Assembly: GCA_012295275.1 (NCBI GenBank)
Contig: CM022673.1
Location: forward strand, 9,238,001 to 9,302,000
From: Chrysomallon squamiferum
Lineage: Eukaryota > Animalia > Mollusca
Reading direction: 5' to 3'
DNA length: 64,000 nt
The position numbers and the translations under genes are program-made. Shown here one piece after another: positions 1 to 14,009 of this stretch. Position 1 is the first letter of the stretch. Each line of letters opens with the position of its first letter. The notes under the pieces were generated by a model. That model had not been told where the DNA came from. It did not search any database and worked only from the letters and a program-made list of their open reading frames with translations.

Positions 1-310
1 GAGAGAAAAAAAAAAAAGGAGTAGCTTTAAGAAAGGAAATCAGGAACCAGATTATGAAGATTTTTCTGTTTTAAAATTAAAATATAATAAAATAAAAATA
101 AATTAATTAATGAAAGAAAAGAAATATTGATTTTTTTTTTTTAATAATATTGTTTTCTTCTGTTTAACAGATAAAGTTAATTTATATGTTAATATCTGAT
201 AATTTTCTAAAATAAATTATATTTCAGCTATTAAAATATTTTCTTTTTAAATGAGTAAAGGTAGGCCAAATAAATAAAATAAAATAAAATAATAAATGAT
301 CATAAATAAA

Positions 311-365
<55 letters not shown>

Positions 366-919
366 TTTTCCTTTAAAGATGCACCTATAAAGAATGAATT
401 TCAAGGACATCTGTACTGTTTCATAACTGGAAAATAATTATTATCTTGATGAAGATATTTATAAACCAGCTTATTATATGCATATATTTATTCATATATT
501 CTGAACTTATATCATAATGATAATATATATTCTCAGCTTTCATAAAATATAGTTAAAGAAACGCCCCCAAAACACACACACACACACACACATACACACA
601 TACACACACATACATATACATTAATAAATGTATTCTAAATATAAAAAGAAAAAATACTCTGAAAGGAAAAAAAAAAAAAATAAATAAAAATATCCCATTA
701 TAATGATGGATAAAATATTATCAAAACGTGCTAACAAATATTTTAAAAGTTTAATTTATGCAAATAAAAAACAGACAATTACTTTTTAATGATACCTAAC
801 ATCTGATGACATAAATATTAAAAATTCATAATAATACATTTTTAATTCAAAATTATTTTATTTCTTTTTATATTATATATTTATTTATTTATTTTATTGC
901 ATTTTATTTCATTTTATTT

Positions 920-950
<31 letters not shown>

Positions 951-2582
951 TTTTTTATTATTATTATTTTTTATTATTTATTATAACAAAATTTCTCTTT
1001 TTTTTTTTTTTTTTTTCTCACTCTCTCTTCAGGTAATAACTTATTGTTCTTGCACCGAAGCCATTATTTGTATAGAAAGTTAAACTTACACGCAAGTAAT
1101 TATAATACCAAATTAGTGAAAAATTAATGATCTGTAGAAGCCTATCATATCATTATGAATATTAACACCATCCATATCATACAATAATATCCGTGCAGTC
1201 TTTTTGTCGTTGTTGGTGAAAAATTAGCAGATCTAAAAACATGTTACCAAACATGAACAAAACAATACTCTTTCTATTAATTCAGCCGAAAAATGTTAAG
1301 TGGTTAAAACTCTTTAGCCCCGCTATTAATTTGTCGTGTTAGTTCATATGGAATTAAATATAATAACTCATTCTATGGTTCAAAAAATTAAGCTTTGATA
1401 TAATATAAGCAAACGATAGCAGATGGTTTTCGAGGTGCATAATTTTATACTGGAAGGTTCGGTCATGTTGCGTTTGATCTTTTCGACTTGAAAGGATTTT
1501 TGTAAATTTTCAGTCTATGTAAATAAAAGCATAAATATTGATTATAATCAATTTGAAGTTCATGATGTGAATAGAGGAAATATAATACATAGTCGGTATC
1601 GAGATAACGAATTAGCACTATGTGAAATGACGACAAGTTATTTTAAGAAAACTAACCTTTCAACTATTTGAAAAATTGGAAATAGAATATTGAAAAGACT
1701 TAAAATTATTCCAATTTTTTTTTTTTGAAATATTTAAAATAAAAATTATATATATATATATATATCCTAAATTCTATCGAGTAGTTTTATGTAGTATATA
1801 ATAATTATGAGAGCTAATTTTCGATATAATTCCATGGAGTTAATATTCATATAATATGACTAAGCAAAAGATTAATAATGTAAAACATTATTACCTGATG
1901 AATATTTCAAACAGTTGCACTAAATCAATATTCATATATTGCCATTAAGTATAATGCTGACGTTCTATGCTAGCTAAAAATATATTGTTACTATAATAAA
2001 TATTTCACAATTCAGTATGTGCAAAATATCGACTTGCTGTGACAAAAATAAATACGAGTTTTTTGTATTTATTTTTAATCTTTTAATTCCGTGTTTTAGG
2101 TTTTAGTTATTTACTTATTTACTTACTTACCTACTTTATTTCTTTCTATTTTATTTTTTTATTATTGTAATTTTATTATTATTATTATTTCATTAAATAA
2201 TAAAGCTTTTTTTTTTCTTTTTTCTGTTATGCTATTCAGATTACTTATTCAATTTACCAACTATATTACGTTCATAATACCTTTTACAGAGATAAATATC
2301 TTTGCCTCTGAATTTTACCCAACAATAGGTAAGGGTATCCCACGTTACAGGCTAACTTTAAGTATAAAGAAGAAAAGTTTTAACTACATCTGACGGGCTC
2401 TGGAGAGTGTGTGCAGATTTTTCGAAGTGATAACTTATAGCCGTTATTTACATATTTACAGATAAGGCAGATATGACAACAGATGTTCAAACCAGCAGAG
2501 ATTTTATAGCGTGATAATTACATGGGGGTCTTTGTCACTGGCGTCGCTGTATATGTCGTTGTAGTAGCTGTTTGGTTTTTCT

Positions 2583-2613
<31 letters not shown>

Positions 2614-2855
2614 TTTGTTGTTGATTTGTTTCTGGGTGTTTCAAGTTTGTTTGTTTCAGGGTAGGGGGTGTTACACTAGCTTCAGTAGCTGATGATGTAG
2701 TATCAGCAGCAATGGTAATAAATTATGTTGTTGTTGTAAAGTAAATCTGTAGCAGTGAAGTGGTAATGGCATTGTAGTAGTAGTAGAAGTGGTGGTGGTA
2801 GCAGTAAAACTAACAGTTCTATTATTGTTATCTACTACTCTACTACAACTACTAT

Positions 2856-2896
<41 letters not shown>

Positions 2897-3689
2897 GTTA
2901 CTATTATGCTTGTACTTCCACAACCGTTACCACTACTACAACTCCTACAATTGCTTTTATTGTTTTGCAATCCATTGCATATTAATAACCATAATAACAA
3001 TGACTAGAAAAGAAACAAACCCACATCCACCAACTCGTGCTATCCATAATATATAAACTATTTTCTATTTTAAGACCTAGATAGACCCAAGTATAAACAT
3101 ATTTATCCTTGACATTGTTCAAATGAAGACAGCTCAGTCTGTTAAATATCTGACTTCATGATTTGGGGCGGATCTAGGAATTCAGATATGGGGGATCTAG
3201 AAGATAAATTACAATGGTAAAAACTCATACTACTTTTACATTGTGTGTATGGGTCTCAGTTAACTGATCTGTAAAATTTGAGGGTAGGTTTTGTAGGGTG
3301 CCCATCCCTGATACATATATGAATGTAGTATTTATATATAAATACTCCACAATTCTTTATCTGTCTGTGTTTTATATGTAGAAATGTGAGTGACACATGC
3401 TATTTTTCATTTTGTCTAGCTTAGTTTTATTATAATAATTCTAAAATTCTGACTGGACTCCTGTTTGGAACAAGTGAAAAAAATACTTAAAACAAATGTT
3501 TTTCATACAATTTAGCATTTTTCTTGAGATTTAAAAAAAAAAAAAAAAAAAAAGTTATGTATTAGGTTTAATATATATAATTTCATACTTTTAAGTTCTG
3601 TAATAATATATAAAATTTCAAATTGCTAAGGTTTTTCTTTCTCTGTTTCCTGCCTTCTCTCTCTCTGTCTCTCTCTCTCTCTCTCTCTT

Positions 3690-3721
<32 letters not shown>

Positions 3722-4889
3722 TATATGTGTGTGTTAGTGCGTGTGTGTTTTCTATCTATCTAGCAACGTTTTCATTTATTTGTAATACCAGCTACAGTTT
3801 TTTATTTACCGTAGATTACACTTGACAGTAATTTTTAAATGTTATCTGTTTCTTGTAATCTGATCTCCTGTTTAACTGATTGTCCCAAATCAGCTTATTA
3901 TCTATTTCCATACTTACCTATTTAATATGATGTCACTGTTAAAGCCTGGGGTTATTTGGGTAAATTTCCATCTCATTTGTTCACTGTTTTCCATGACAGC
4001 TCTATATTTCAGACAAAGGAAAGGTTTTTAATTTCAATAAATTTGTTATTGTGTATTTTTGTTAGTTTTATGTTAAAGTTGGTTACAGTTTAGAATCATG
4101 TTTTATTTTCCGACAAAGGTCACGAAACACTATTAATGTTTGTTTATTTATTTATTAAATCATCATCATTAAATTTCTACTTTAAAAAAAGTATGTGAAG
4201 AATTTGTTTATTTATTTATTTATTTATTTTTATTATTTCTTTAAGAGCCTTGTTTGTTTGTTTTTTCTCTTTTTTTTCCTTTTTAAGTTTTTTTAACTAT
4301 CATTATTTTCATTTTATTATTATCATCATCATCATCATCATCATCATCATTATCATTATTAACGTCTTTTTCATTATCATTAGTTTTCTTCTTAATGTAA
4401 TGGATGTCTTATTTTAATCGTTAATTTTATAAGCTAGGGAAATTCCCAGCTTGTGAAAAAGTACGTTTTGACAAAACCAAACCCAGAAAATTTATCTCAG
4501 ATATTCATACGCCAAAGACACACACACACCTCCCCTTTTATTCCCATTTATCGATCACCACACAATGATTCAACAGCTATAGAAAATCTTACTCATGGGA
4601 AATCGGGCTCGCTGGTTGCGTAGTGTGCGAAATTCTATCCGTCGATTTAACTAATAATGCAGTGCATTGCTATTGCATAAAACACCGAGGCAATTTTGCT
4701 CTATTGTGTCCACACCAATATGTATCATTCGAATGTCAGTTATTAACGCGGCTTCAGTTTTGGCAATGAATTTCTTGCGAGAGAGAAGATAAAAAAACAA
4801 AAAAGTCGAAGAATAAATAATGTGAAATGATATATGCTTCGCCCCGTGTAAAGTTTCTTTGAGTATCTGGCGTTTTTATGTCAAAAAAC

Positions 4890-5215
4890 TTGACCGGCCT
4901 ATTGGCAGCTATATTCGACACGTAAATGATTGGTCCCTTGCTGTGTACGGGCTTCTAAATTTACACCAAGGGCGTGTTTGTGTGATGGGTCGAAGGTTTA
5001 CCAATCCACCAATCAGGAGAGGTGTTACAAGGATCGCTCCAAGGGGGTACCTTTTTTTTCTCTCTCCTCTCTCTCTCTCTTACTACTTCTTCAAGGATCG
5101 CTAACATTCGTGCATGATCGCTAATATTCGTGCATGGACGAGCGTTTTGCGTGCTCACCACTACTAGGAAATGTGTTGCTATGTATTATTTTTTTTCTGG
5201 ATCGGCCAATTACCG
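4890..5215 (+). promoter_or_regulatory. Putative distal Pax6 promoter (CCAAT-box cluster in a CpG-containing island)
   Basis: ATTGG at 4901 and 4929, CCAAT at 5001, 5009 and 5206, within a GC/CpG-enriched stretch (~4560-5460). Candidate first-exon donors follow at 5397 (AGT|GTATGT) and 5459 (GTG|GTAACA). TSS is not directly observable. Confidence 0.45.
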
Positions 5216-5899
5216 TTAAGTGACGCGATGGAGCTTCAGTGAAAGATCCAACGTACAGTATCGATACTGTAGGCGTTTTGACACGCTTGGATTTTTTTTT
5301 TTTTTTTTTCCTACCTGATTTCTACGTTCACTTGGGCCAGGCTAAAGCTTAGAGGTGAATTCATCGTTATTTTATTTACTGGCCACTGGCTGGAGTGTAT
5401 GTGTGTTTGTGTCTATACTGTCCGCTGTGTTGACATTTCCAATAACGTCACTGGAGTGGTAACATATATATATATCTATATTAACAGACGTGTTTAGCGG
5501 CATATATTTACGAGGAATTTAATGAAGGCGAACTAGTAATGTTAACGATAATAATAATAATAAGACCGTGGATGTCAACAAGAAAACTATGATTTATTTT
5601 AAAAAATAATATTAATAAAATATTCTATGAGAAAAAAAAATGACAGTTGTATCTGTATACAGTATATAAACATTTCGTCAACAATAACTGTCAAGCATTT
5701 ATTTCGCTACCAGAAATTAGCTTTATAAAAAAAAAAAAAATTATATATTTAACATGTTCTGGTATAAATCATAGTTAAAATAGATTGCCAAACACTTTAT
5801 ACTAAACTGGCTTAACGTTCTGAACTGGATTCGGATATAAGCTGGTAATTATTTCAATGCAATAGCTCCATACCCTGCGGTCGCTTTAACCCGAGAAGG

Positions 5900-5944
<45 letters not shown>

Positions 5945-6042
5945 GGATTTGCTTGCTCGGAGCCTAATGCTCTCTTCTTTTTAAACACCACAGCAAGGGG
6001 TGCCAGGCTACCCGACACTTGCATACCCGGGGTTAAAAAAAA

Positions 6043-6145
6043 TATATATATATAAAAATACTCACGACGGAAACCTTATTGCAACGTCAACGAAACGGAT
6101 CTAAAACGGCTACAACTGCTCGAATATCGGCCGCCATGTTTTCGA
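6043..6145 (+). promoter_or_regulatory. Putative proximal promoter (TATAAAA plus downstream YY1-like motif)
   Basis: TATAAAA at 6051-6057 (end of a short TA run). GGCCGCCATGTT at 6129-6140 resembles the YY1/Pho motif. Upstream poly(A) tract at ~5900-5939. Confidence 0.3.
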
Positions 6146-6308
6146 TTACAGGAAAAACATGTTGCTTGCATCGTTCGACAGTTTTCGTGCTTGGATTCTG
6201 TTGACAGTTAGAGATATTGTTTTGTATGTGCTTTAATGAATGTTGTTTTTCATCATCTACCTCAGCTAGTACACTTTTCTTTTTTTTTTTTTTTTTTCCC
6301 ATTTCCAG

Positions 6309-6585
6309 GAGCGGACGCTTAGGGTGGAGAACTCTAAATGGACGGAAGTTTACTAAATCAAGAACAGGAATAAAAACATAAACAAGAATTAATAACTCCG
6401 AAGAGACAAGTGACGGGGAAAAGAAATTTATTAAAAAGGCGTGTGATTCAAACGCCTGTTTTTATTATTGTTATTTTTTTAATTTATTTTAATTTATTTT
6501 ATTTTATTTTATTTTATTATTTTTTTTAACTGTTGAGGAAATTTCTGTGCTTTACAAACTGGAGATTCTACAACCTCGGGAAACA
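6309..6585 (+). other. Pax6: Pax6 5' UTR part of the ATG-bearing exon
   Basis: Strong poly-T tract ending CCCATTTCCAG| at 6308; no further strong splice site seen before the ATG at 6586. Confidence 0.55.
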
Positions 6586-6598
6586 ATGCCTGCTAAAG
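6586..6598 (+). CDS. Pax6: Pax6 coding exon 1 (MPAK + G, phase 1)
   Basis: ACAATG with A at -3, reading ATG CCT GCT AAA G then a perfect donor AAG|GTGAGT. Phase 1 fits both the 18726 exon and the paired-box exon ([14 protein letters not shown]). A very short first coding exon before GHSGVNQ is typical of Pax6. Confidence 0.8.
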
Positions 6599-6695
6599 GT
6601 GAGTACCTTTTTATATTTTAATTTTTTTATTATTTGTCATTAATATTAATATTAATATCCTTAACAATATCCTTCATATGTTATCATAATTATTA

Positions 6696-6731
<36 letters not shown>

Positions 6732-6782
6732 TATTATTATTATTATTATTTGTAGTAGTAGTAGGTGTAGTAGTAACTGTTC

Positions 6783-6819
<37 letters not shown>

Positions 6820-8630
6820 TTACACTTACTACTAAAATTTCAGTCACTTTAAACATATTCAGTAATTTTCTAAATATGTATTAAATTTTATATATCTATA
6901 TACTCTGTTTTTAAACACTGAAACAATAAATATGGTGGCTTATTACTAGTATTATTATTATTATTATTATTAATATTAATATTATTATTATTATTATTAT
7001 TGTTGATATTATTATTGTTGTTATTGTTAATATTACTATTATTATTAGACAAGGAAAATTAAATATCATTTATGAAATTTTTTATTTATTTCAACATAAC
7101 TAAATAAAACACAATAATATTTTTTATCATACTTTTTAATTTAAATAATTATTTTTAATTTCACTTGAGTGTTAAATTATTTTGAAGGAAGCTGAATAGT
7201 TGGAAAAAAAAAGTATCTAGAATAATTTAAACAGTTTTTCTTCATCATAATTTTTAATAAGCAGAATAGATATAAATATCAGAATGCAAAACGTTTTAAA
7301 AATATGAAACTAACGTTATTCATTAATATAAAGCAGATTTATCTCAATGAAATTAAATGACTTGCATAAATATATAATACAGGAATAAAAACAAATTAAA
7401 ATAACATTCTGGGGTTTTTTGTGTTTATTTTTATTTTTATATTATATTATTAGATTCACAGGTGAAAAATTATGTATTGTTTACATTGATTAAAATTTAA
7501 TATAATTTAATATAAAAACAAATTTAATTTAAAAGTAAAAATGTTACTGGGATAATAAATATTATTATATATTTTTTCTGAATTCTGATAATATAATAAA
7601 ATCTTTGCTCTCTAATAAAAGTTCAAATATATTTATTTATTGATAGATATCAGTCATTGTTTCTAATGTTATTGAGAAAAATATTTGTTTTACTTATATT
7701 TTATTTTATATTTTGATTTGTAAATATTTATATAATTTTAAAAGAATTATTAATATTTTCTTTCATTCTTCATATTTATAATAATAATCATAATAATAAT
7801 AAAAGTAATAGCAACAACAACAACAACAATACTACTACTACTACTACTAATAATAATAATAATAATTAGTAGTAGTAGTAGTAATATTATTAGTATTAAT
7901 ATTATTATTATCATTTTTACTAACAGTAATACTATTGCCTTTACTAGTACTATTCGATAACATTTGCTTTCTTGTACTGCTTTCTTTCTATCTCTCGACT
8001 CATTCATTCAGTGACTGTCTCCCTCTCTCATTCATCTCTCTCATTTTCTCCCCATTTTTTTTATTTTCCTCCGAGTCTCTAAGGCAGGGAAATTATCTGT
8101 GATACCGAAACTCGAATGCTTGTCAAGATCTTTAACTTTGACAGCTTATTTTTGCCAATTTGCCTCTTAGCCTATTGATGTAATTATTTTGTGTTATCAC
8201 TGCTCGTTGTATCAGCAAGGGAGAGCCGGCCGCACTTAAACTACAAGTAGCAAATCGTTAACACAAATTGTCCACAAACAGATAAAATCGCCAAGCGTTC
8301 ATCCACACTTAGAGTTTTTACCATTTCTCCTCGCTCCAGTCTTTTGCCAGATGTGAGGTATTGAGTGCCTGCTTCATTATAACGATCGAGTTAGGTGGTA
8401 TATTAAAATAATAAGACATGGTATGTTTTTAAAATAAAAAAAAATGAAAAAAAATAAAAAATTCTGTTTCTGTTACGGTTGTTATAAATTAAAAAATATT
8501 TATAAGTTGTTTATTAAGTATTATAGATTGAAACTTCCTACAGTTATATGAATATAGTTAGCGAATGTTTGTGTGTATGACTCAATGTATATTGAATACA
8601 TATATATATATATATATATATATCTATTTA

Positions 8631-8663
<33 letters not shown>

Positions 8664-8867
8664 TAATTACAAATATTATGTATTAATAATTTGAGTACGT
8701 GTTAATGTTCTTATTGTTGTTTGCAGTTTATAAGTTGTTTACAGTAACATACGATACCACTAAATACTAAAATATTAATAAACATTAGTAACAGCAGTAG
8801 TAGTAATAGCAACTATTTTAGTAGTAGTGGTAGTAGTAGTTTATCAGAGTACAGATTTTTGTTTTAA

Positions 8868-9013
<146 letters not shown>

Positions 9014-9499
9014 TGTGTAACAGATATAAAGATTAATATCAGTCTTATTATAACACTGACCCACATACTAATTTTCACAGACATAAAATACTTTTTATAA
9101 AATCTAATACATTTCCCAAAATAAAAATACTACACGTCCAGATTGTTGAATAGTTTATCGTAATTTGTATCAGTAGCATTATCCGTGAACTATTCAAATA
9201 TTTATAGTCTCTGCTCAACCTTTTTTTATGTGGTTGTCAAAAGACGTGATTTGAGTTTTGTTTATGTGAGTATTGGCATACAAGATGCTACACGTTTTTA
9301 AGTGTGTTTTTCTTTTATTGTGCTTTTTACTGTTGTAGATTTCATGTAGTAAATTTACTGAAAATTATGTTTTTAATTTAATCATTTCCCAGTGAAATTG
9401 AAAAAGAAAATATTGAGTAATAATAGTAAATTTTTTTATTGGTAATTATAGTAATAGATTTTTGGTTTGTATGGTTTTGGTTACTTTCTTTTTATATAT

Positions 9500-9565
<66 letters not shown>

Positions 9566-11533
9566 TACTACTATTATAACCGTAATACTGTTAGTAGTAG
9601 CAGCAGCACTGCACTAGTAGTAATACATTAGTAATAAAATGACTATAATTTATGTACTCCTTATAGTAATAAAATGTATAATAGTAGTTGTTGTTGCTTT
9701 TGAATTAACAACATTAAGTGTTATAGTAGCAGTAGTAGTAGTAGTAATAATATTAATGGCAGTTTTTGTTGCTGTTGATGTTATTTAATTGTTATTTAAA
9801 TATTACACTTGTGTCAACAAAGTGACATTATAGAATTTCAATATTAAAAATTTATCACGAAAGTTTTATTATAGAATTTCAACCATACAAAAATTTCAGT
9901 TTTCAGAGATTCCACATCTGAAATATACATAATCATACCAAAAAAAAAAAAAAAAAAAAAATTAAAAATTGTAATCATTATCGAATATACTGTCATCTGA
10001 AAGGATATAAATTTTCACCGAAGTTGTCGTCAATAAAATTCCCCAGACAACATCGCCATACACGTATTTAAAAGCCAGTTCACACAACGGATTTCTGTGG
10101 TCGCAGAAAATCGCCAGCTTGATGTAAAATACCAGAAACTTTCCACTTGTAATTGACAGCGAAGATTTTCTTTCATTTTCGATCCCGTCTCATGCATTTT
10201 GAACGTTTCGTCCGCTAAGTCAGTTGTAATTATTCCTAAATCCTTTGAATAATGAGGCGCGCTAAATTTTATCGCTGGATACGACCCAGGGTCTAAATAG
10301 GCTTTGCGCCATTTCGGGAAATAGGCACAATGACCAGTATGGTATATCTTGGTTTGTTCGAGGCAGCTTGTAAATTTCAACAAAAAAAAAAAATTTAACA
10401 ATTTTGTTTACTTCTTTTTATTTTCTATTGTTGTAGATTTTATATATGAAACTGATCAGTGTTAATTTTTCTTCTGTATGTTTATGAAAATTGAATTTAA
10501 AAAAAATAAATTTCTTTCACTGTTTTATATAGAATATTACTGTATATTAATATAATTAAGGTATCGATTTCAGTAACGGTTTATTTTTAATACGTTTATT
10601 CAATTCACATTAAAAAAAAAAATATTATTATTATTATTATTATTGCATAATACTTTTGCTACAACAACAACAACTTCTACTACTACTACTACTACTGCTG
10701 CTACTGCTACTCCTATTAATCATCCATACAATAAAAAAAAAAAAATAATAATAATAAAATAAATTCTTTAAAACTTACAAAAGAAATTTACACCTATTAC
10801 TCATATAAATTTTACATGATGTTGCCCCATTACAGAACAAACAAGCCTTCGACTGTAATTCCATTGAAAACATTAAATGAATTAAATTTTCACAATAGCC
10901 AGACGCTAACACAAAAGAAACGCATTGTGTAGCGGCCAGAAAAGAACACGGTTAGGATTTTAATTTGTTTGAAATGTAACTGATACAACAGTGTAACAAA
11001 AAATGACCTGCTTGTACAGTGTAATCCAATGCAATTGACACAACATAAGAAATATTAGTTTCCGGTATAGAAATTTCGGGGTGCATGAATAAGATACACA
11101 GCGTTTTTTTTGTCAGTTTAGCTTTATCATTTATTCTTTGTTATTTTGTCTGTCATGATCATTATTATCATCATTATTCTTACTGCAACTACTTTGCTGT
11201 TACTCTTACTACTACTACTACTACTAACGCTACTGTATTATTACTACTACTGCTACTACCATTACCACTATTACAACAACCGCCAGAAGTACAACTAGAA
11301 ACTGTTATTATAACTAATAATACAACTATTGAAACAACTGTTAATACCTCTAACTAATATTACTGGTGTTCCTATTGCTACTACTACTACTACTACTACA
11401 CTGCTTTTACACCACTACTGCTACTACTGCTGCTGCTACAAAGGTAATTCTAAATGATAATACTAATACTTTCTTCTTCTTTCTATTATTATTGTTGTTG
11501 TTGTTGTTATTATCATTGTTGTTGTTGTTGTTG

Positions 11534-11583
<50 letters not shown>

Positions 11584-12403
11584 TCAGAGACTAATTACAA
11601 AGTATATAAACAATAATCCGATTATTTTTTACATGTTTACAACTGTTCACTAAATTAAACAGAATGTCATTCACTCAATTTATAATACAAACAATTCTTC
11701 CATTAAAAAAAAAAAAAGAATAATCCAAGATTATCAAAAGCGTCAAATCCTTTATTTATTTTCAAAGCTAATAACCTTTATTATTTATTCGTCACAAAAA
11801 AAAAGAAAAATAATAATAATAAAAATGACAGTATTAATCCGCATTCGTATTAATTCATCACACACACAAAAAAAAGTGCGCATTTCATCCTACCAATCAA
11901 AACATCCATAACATTAAAGAGCGTATGCCGAACTACTGCCGTAATATCGATTTTTATTTGTTGCTTTTCTAATCGAAATCGATAAAAGACAATTGACGAC
12001 CGAACGCCACAAACCAAGTTAGGCCTTGCAGTCCGATCCGTCAGCGTTTCAGTGACAAAAATGCAGATGCACAAGTAAAGGTGACTATTAATTTTTAAGC
12101 GTCATTTCCCCACTCATCCAAAAGGCTTAATTTGTGATTTCAATAAAAATTGTTTCTCCCAGTGAAGATAAGAAGTAAATAATTGCATACCCGTTTATGC
12201 CCCAGTTAGTAATTGTGCATACGTAATTTAATTGTCAGACAAATTAACTGTCAATGCATAATGGTGAGGGGCTTTGGATGCGAGCGTTTTCTCCGCATTT
12301 TTCGTCAGATCCCGTGGTTAGATTTTGTTGCTCTGAGAAATCATCTTTTATCTGCTTTCATGAATGTTAACGACATGGTCGCAAAAATATTTAAGATGCT
12401 AGA

Positions 12404-12405
<2 letters not shown>

Positions 12406-12491
<86 letters not shown>
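12406..12491. repeat. (TC)43 microsatellite
   Basis: Perfect dinucleotide run. Confidence 0.97.
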
Positions 12492-12494
<3 letters not shown>

Positions 12495-12958
12495 CTCTCT
12501 ATTTGTTAAGACTTATATTAAATATATATTACAAAATATATTTTTTTTTTAAAGTGTTGAATTTAGTCCCTCGTGTTAAAGTAGGGATTTAGTGAAATAC
12601 ACGACAGTGTAAAATGTTATTACAGAATCTAAGTCAGAATAAAACCGTGTCTGATTTATTGTTATATGGTTTATCCAAAAAATAATAATATTGCGGTATC
12701 AACGCTATATCCGAAAGATGATTTATGGACATAATTATGGGATAATAATTAATAAAACGCAGTATAAAAAGTTATTACATCACGTAACAATGACATCTGG
12801 TTATAATTATGGTTTACAGTTAGAAAACGATAAATACAAGTTTAATATCATTTATAATAATAAGGCTTATATAACCAGTAATGCGGTATAAAACATTGTT
12901 ATATCATCCTATATAGTTGTAATTATGGTATATAATCTAAAATGATAAATACAAATTT

Positions 12959-13470
12959 AAGATGACGTAATAGTGCAGCACAAAACGACAAATTCAAGTT
13001 TTACTTATCGTAACAGTGCAGTAAAAAACGAAAAATGCAAATTTAAGATGACGTTATAGTGCAGCATAAAAGATAAAATTGAGTTTAAGATAACGTAATA
13101 GTGCAGAATGGAACTATAAACACAAGTTCAAGATGACGTTATAGTGCAGCATAAAAGATATATATGAGTTTAAGATGACGTAATAGTGCAGAATGGAACT
13201 ATAAACACAAGTTTAAGATGACGTTATAGTGCAGAATAAAAGATATACACGAGTTTAAGATGACGTAATAGTGCAGAATGGAACTATAAATACAAGTTTA
13301 GGATCACGTTATAGTGCAGCATAAATGATAAATTCGAGTTTAAGATGACGTAATAGTGCAGCATAAATGATAAATTCGAGTTAAAGATGACGTAATAATA
13401 CAGAAAGAAACTATAAATACAAGTTTAAGATGACGTATTAGTGCAATATAAACAATAAATACAAGTTTAA
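12959..13470. repeat. Minisatellite, ~12 units of 42/43 bp, alternating A/B (85-bp higher order)
   Basis: Unit core AAGATGACGT(A/T)ATAGTGCAG followed by either CATAAAAGATA...GAGTTT (42 bp) or AATGGAACTATAAA(C/T)ACAAGTTT (43 bp). Degenerate copies extend to ~12820. Confidence 0.93.
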
Positions 13471-13978
13471 TATGCTTCGAAAACCTAATATTAAATAATG
13501 ATAGTTTTAAAGGCTACCTTTTAATGATTAGCTATTTATAATTATCGTTCTCGATAAATATTAACCATGTACTATTACTCCACCTTGTTATGACGTATGG
13601 TTCGATTCAGTCAATAATCAGGAAATATAAAAGCTTATAATAATACAAAATTATAGCTATGTATGTAAAATGGGTTTACAGCTATTAATAACGCGGTCTA
13701 AAAATAATTAATATGCTGTATAAAAACCATTATACAATATTAAAACGATATACGTTTATAAATATAGAATTTTTTAAATAAATAATTATAAAATATAAAT
13801 TTGTATTAAAAAAAAAAAAATCTCATACCCACATTTTGTTATATACTGCTTAAAATTAGAACATGTTATAAATAGCTGTAATATATTTTGTAATTATTTT
13901 TATTGTTGAAAAAAAAAAATGGACAGTGTTGTAATAGAACTGCATACAGTCGCAAGTTTAACTGAACATTAATAATAA

Positions 13979-14009
<31 letters not shown>

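Noticed and set aside
995-1040. Strong polypyrimidine-CAG|GTAATA (acceptor or recursive-site-like)
   Set aside because: Lies upstream of the inferred promoters with no credible coding frame or partner exon; cannot be assigned without RNA data.
12959-13470. CRISPR-like appearance (constant ~20-nt core with variable intervening sequence)
   Set aside because: The intervening parts are two recurring, mutually similar variants, not unique spacers. The context is a eukaryotic intron with no cas genes.
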